In this document: in pieces, positions 63,426 through 64,000 of the stretch
Layout: each line of letters starts with the position of its first letter
How positions within the stretch are numbered: position 1 is the stretch's first letter
Translations under genes and position numbers: made by a program
NCBI GenBank assembly: GCA_030704615.1
Contig: CM060732.1
Location: 31,124,001-31,188,000, forward strand
DNA from: Takakia lepidozioides
Taxonomy: Eukaryota; Plantae; Bryophyta
Direction of reading: 5' to 3'
Length of the DNA stretch: 64,000 nt
Notes under the pieces: generated by a model
Told to the model about the DNA's origin: nothing
The model's input: only the letters and a program-made list of their open reading frames with translations
Databases searched by the model: none

Positions 63426-64000
63426 AAAATGTGGGTGCATTGAGCCCTGGACAAGGGCAAAGAGGTGCATGGGGTATCATCAAAGCTGGAATTGTACCAA
63501 ATGTCATTATGAACACTGCCCTGGCAGCTCTGGAAAAGGGGAAAGAGGTCCATGGCAACATCTTCAGAGTTGGAATTGTACCAAATGTCATTCTGAACCA
63601 TACCCTGGTGGACATGTTTGCAAAATGTGGGTGCATCTAGGATGCAAAGGGAGTGTTCGACACTATGGCTGAACGAGATGTGGTGTCGTGGAGTGCGATG
63701 CTTGCAGGGTATGCACGGCAGGGACGTGGGATGGAGGCTTTGGAGACCTATGAGAAAGGATGGGGGAAGCACATCATGTTTGTGTGCATTTGCAATGCTT
63801 GTGTAAGCTAGGCAGCCCTGGAGAAGGGCAAGAGGTGCATGGGGATATCATCAAAGCTGGAATTGTGCCAAATGTCAATCTAAACACTGCCCTGGCAGCT
63901 TTGGAAAAGGGGAAAGAGGTCCATGGCGTCATCTTCAGAGCTGGAATTGTATCAGATGTCATTCTGAATAATACCCTGGTGAACATGTTTGCAAAATGTG
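63426..64000 (+). pseudogene. Continuation of the degenerate PPR cargo of the outer element
   Basis: Matches 57108-57690, including the shared TGC ATC TAG stop. Confidence 0.85.

Larger units (their letters stand above)
53272..64000 (+). mobile_element. Outer Pack-CACTA element carrying PDF-PPR gene fragments (right end beyond the window)
   Basis: Left TIR CACGAGAAGCATTCGTGTC (1 mismatch to the inner TIR). 53272-55286 is colinear with 55287-~57300, and the cargo resumes at 63426. Confidence 0.8.

Overview
Nuclear DNA of a non-seed land plant, probably a bryophyte (inferred from the moss-type PPR-DYW sequence, RTE-X-like LINEs and spliceosomal introns). The main finding is a family of chimeric genes. 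The minus-strand copy (14471-8954) has seven in-phase GT-AG exons. They encode a plastid-transit-peptide-like leader and three PDF motifs, the ssDNA-binding repeat of plant OSB proteins. These are spliced onto a 26-motif PLS-type PPR array with E1-E2 and a DYW cytidine-deaminase domain. This copy has one frameshift, which may be an assembly error. A pseudogenised inverted twin (1310-6075) has the same number of PPR motifs but a different specificity code. A third relic lies at ~49.8-50.9 kb. Fragments of the same family, introns included, are the cargo of a complete 8.1-kb Pack-CACTA element (55287-63425, 19-bp TIR, AAA TSD). It sits inside a second copy of itself, which sits inside a MULE-like remnant. 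The window also holds a 22-exon EDR2-like PH-START-DUF1336 gene whose introns carry many RTE-X-like LINE insertions, one with a twin-priming 5' inversion. Other features are an intronless F-box gene followed in frame by a DYW relic, an SRPBCC gene, L1 fragments, a solo LTR, MITEs and two regularly spaced palindrome arrays. All calls were made by eye; no database search was run.
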